Shown here piece by piece: positions 63,250 to 64,000 of a DNA stretch of 64,000 nucleotides. A program made the translations under genes and the position numbers. Position 1 is the first letter of the stretch. Every line of letters starts with the position of its first letter. The DNA is from Aplysia californica. Taxonomy: Eukaryota. The stretch is from positions 1,340,478 to 1,404,477 of the forward strand of contig NW_004797412.1 in NCBI RefSeq assembly GCF_000002075.1, read 5' to 3'. Under the pieces are notes generated by a model. That model saw nothing but the letters and a program-made list of their open reading frames with translations, had not been told where the DNA came from and did no database searches.

Positions 63250-63698
63250 TGCATACTTTGGCCTGAGTTGCTTTCGTTGTTATTTAATGACTGGTAGATC
63301 TAGATCTAAACTGTTTTTGAGATCTTGACATTATGTGCCTTCTCTTTTTTTTCAGTCTAAGGGCCCAGTGCGCGTTGAGAAGTCGGCAAACATATCAAGG
63401 ACCACTTACTCTGTATTATTGTTTTTACGTTACCAGTCTGCAAACATAGCAAGGGCCACTTACTCTGTATTATTGTTTAGATTGTGCTAACGTCACCAGT
63501 CTAATCAGCGGGTTGTCATACATAGTACACGTAATGAAACGACTGCCTTAGCAACCCAAGCGTAAAGTGACACTTAAAGAGAGCAAGGAATGAAGAGTTA
63601 AAACTATGGAAGCAATAATAGATATAATATATAGCTTTGTCGTTACATCACGAGTTTAGCACTTCTAAATTCTCAGTCTTCGAATAATAATAATAATG

Positions 63699-63743
<45 letters not shown>

Positions 63744-64000
63744 CAGATAACTTATTAAGTGCCCTCTCGTAAATAATACAGGCTTAAACGTTTTACAATG
63801 AGTGGATGAACGTGAATACATATTATGCTCTTTAGATTGACGCTACCACAAAAGCAGACATTCATAAACAGCCCAGTAATAATCTTCAAGATGTTGACAC
63901 CATAATTATATTCCAGTGCTTGCCTTAGTAAACATGAATCCACCATTAGATTATATCAAACATCGTCTGCATGAAGCGTAGTATGAAAGATCTGCTAAAG

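Overview
Repeat-rich, gappy eukaryotic DNA with spliceosomal introns; the SINE/MITE content and AGATCT-rich tracts look gastropod-mollusc-like (inference only). It holds two tandem, same-strand, multi-exon paralogues of the GT10 alpha-1,3-fucosyltransferase family: gene A (1284-14685) and gene B (32137-53466), with matching exon phases and mostly identical exon lengths. Both keep the C-terminal GDP-fucose motif (FYLxFEN..YxxEK) but carry Asp-Pro at the usual catalytic-base ESP position and a remodelled 'TYRxDSD' motif. Gene B has a 14x heptad repeat in its stem, and its exons 6-7 appear twice. The rest is mobile DNA: a degenerate BEL/Pao LTR element whose 3' LTR is split by a hAT-like insertion, a DIRS-like fragment, a Tc1 transposase pseudogene, two inverted copies of a hAT MITE, a Harbinger-like element, a foldback element, tRNA-derived SINEs, RTE LINE tails and many microsatellites. 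No CRISPR array, rRNA or convincing tRNA gene was seen.
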